Origin: an uncultured Spirochaetaceae bacterium
GTDB taxonomy: Bacteria; Spirochaetota; Spirochaetia; DSM-27196; PWMO01
Length of the DNA stretch: 40,524 nt
Assembly (NCBI GenBank): GCA_964402885.1
Contig: CAYOFA010000004.1
Location: 1-40,524, forward strand
Direction of reading: 5' to 3'
Shown in pieces: positions 40,343-40,524 of this stretch. The notes below the pieces were generated by a model. The model was not told where the DNA came from. It searched no databases and saw nothing but the letters and a program-made list of their open reading frames with translations. Within the stretch, counting starts at the first letter, position 1. Each line of letters begins with the position of its first letter. The position numbers and the translations under genes were made by a program.

Positions 40343-40524
40343 GTGCAAGGGCAGTGAAAGCGACCCTCGCAGGACTGTTGATCGCCGTGGCGATGCTCGT
40401 TGCCGCGCCCGCACTGGTGCCGGCGCAGGAACCCGTTATCGACGAGCCGGTCACGGATGAAGTGCCTGGCGACGAGCCGGCCGCCACCGACGCGGCAGAC
40501 GGCGCCGCCGGGGAAGCTGCCGCC
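40339..40524 (+). CDS. Exported acidic protein, N-terminal fragment (runs off the window)
   Basis: Not in the ORF track because no stop falls in the window. The GTG at 40339 overlaps the previous stop (GTGA); an alternative GTG lies at 40354. Translation ...KATLAGLLIAVAMLVAAPALVPAQEPVIDEPVTDE... is a signal peptide followed by an acidic Pro/Ala/Asp region, open to nt 40524. Confidence 0.45.
   Translation, partial: MSARAVKATLAGLLIAVAMLVAAPALVPAQEPVIDEPVTDEVPGDEPAATDAADGAAGEAAA

Noticed and set aside
1-40524. Searched for CRISPR arrays, IS elements/transposases, integrases, prophage genes, and rRNA/tRNA genes
   Set aside because: No spaced direct-repeat arrays, no DDE/serine/tyrosine recombinase-like translations, and no long inverted terminal repeats were seen. 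No intergenic region exceeds ~165 bp.

Overview
GC-rich bacterial chromosomal window, about 60-65% GC by eye (not computed), densely packed with about 35 protein-coding genes. I found no rRNA, tRNA, CRISPR array, transposase, integrase or phage genes. All calls come from reading the supplied translations and the DNA; no database search was run.

Most of the window is housekeeping or accessory metabolism:
- 5'-truncated CaCA antiporter
- flippase-like (UPF0104) membrane protein plus sulfotransferase
- NYN/LOTUS RNA-binding protein
- ArfB, SlyD, a GNAT and a CDF metal exporter
- acyl-ACP thioesterase
- STAS protein coupled to an RluA pseudouridine synthase
- histidine phosphatase, SpoU/TrmJ-like methyltransferase, FAH-family enzyme
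- fused trehalose-6-P synthase/phosphatase
- aldo/keto reductase, alpha/beta hydrolase
- XRE regulator plus ankyrin protein
- 1422-aa double activase/dehydratase-like fusion

Two blocks stand out.
1. 13.6-20.3 kb: a same-strand run of a divergent thymidine-kinase-like protein, a BMP/PnrA-type nucleoside ABC transporter and a translationally coupled YhhQ queuosine-precursor transporter.
2. 29.6-40.5 kb: a cluster of exported or membrane proteins of unknown function around a 1568-aa sensor PP2C (SpoIIE/RsbU) phosphatase. That phosphatase has a BNR-propeller/Fn3-like ectodomain, three TM segments and a HAMP domain. It is flanked by a FadL/UPF0164-like outer-membrane protein with a TPR tail, a ~1000-aa acidic TPR-like exported protein, another exported protein and a zinc-ribbon membrane protein. 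This is my best candidate for an undescribed envelope-to-cytoplasm signalling system.

The gene content (PnrA-type ABC, UPF0164-like OMP, giant HAMP-SpoIIE sensor, large activase fusion) fits a high-GC free-living spirochaete, but that is only an inference.

Many long ORFs in the track are antisense shadow ORFs typical of GC-rich DNA and were rejected.
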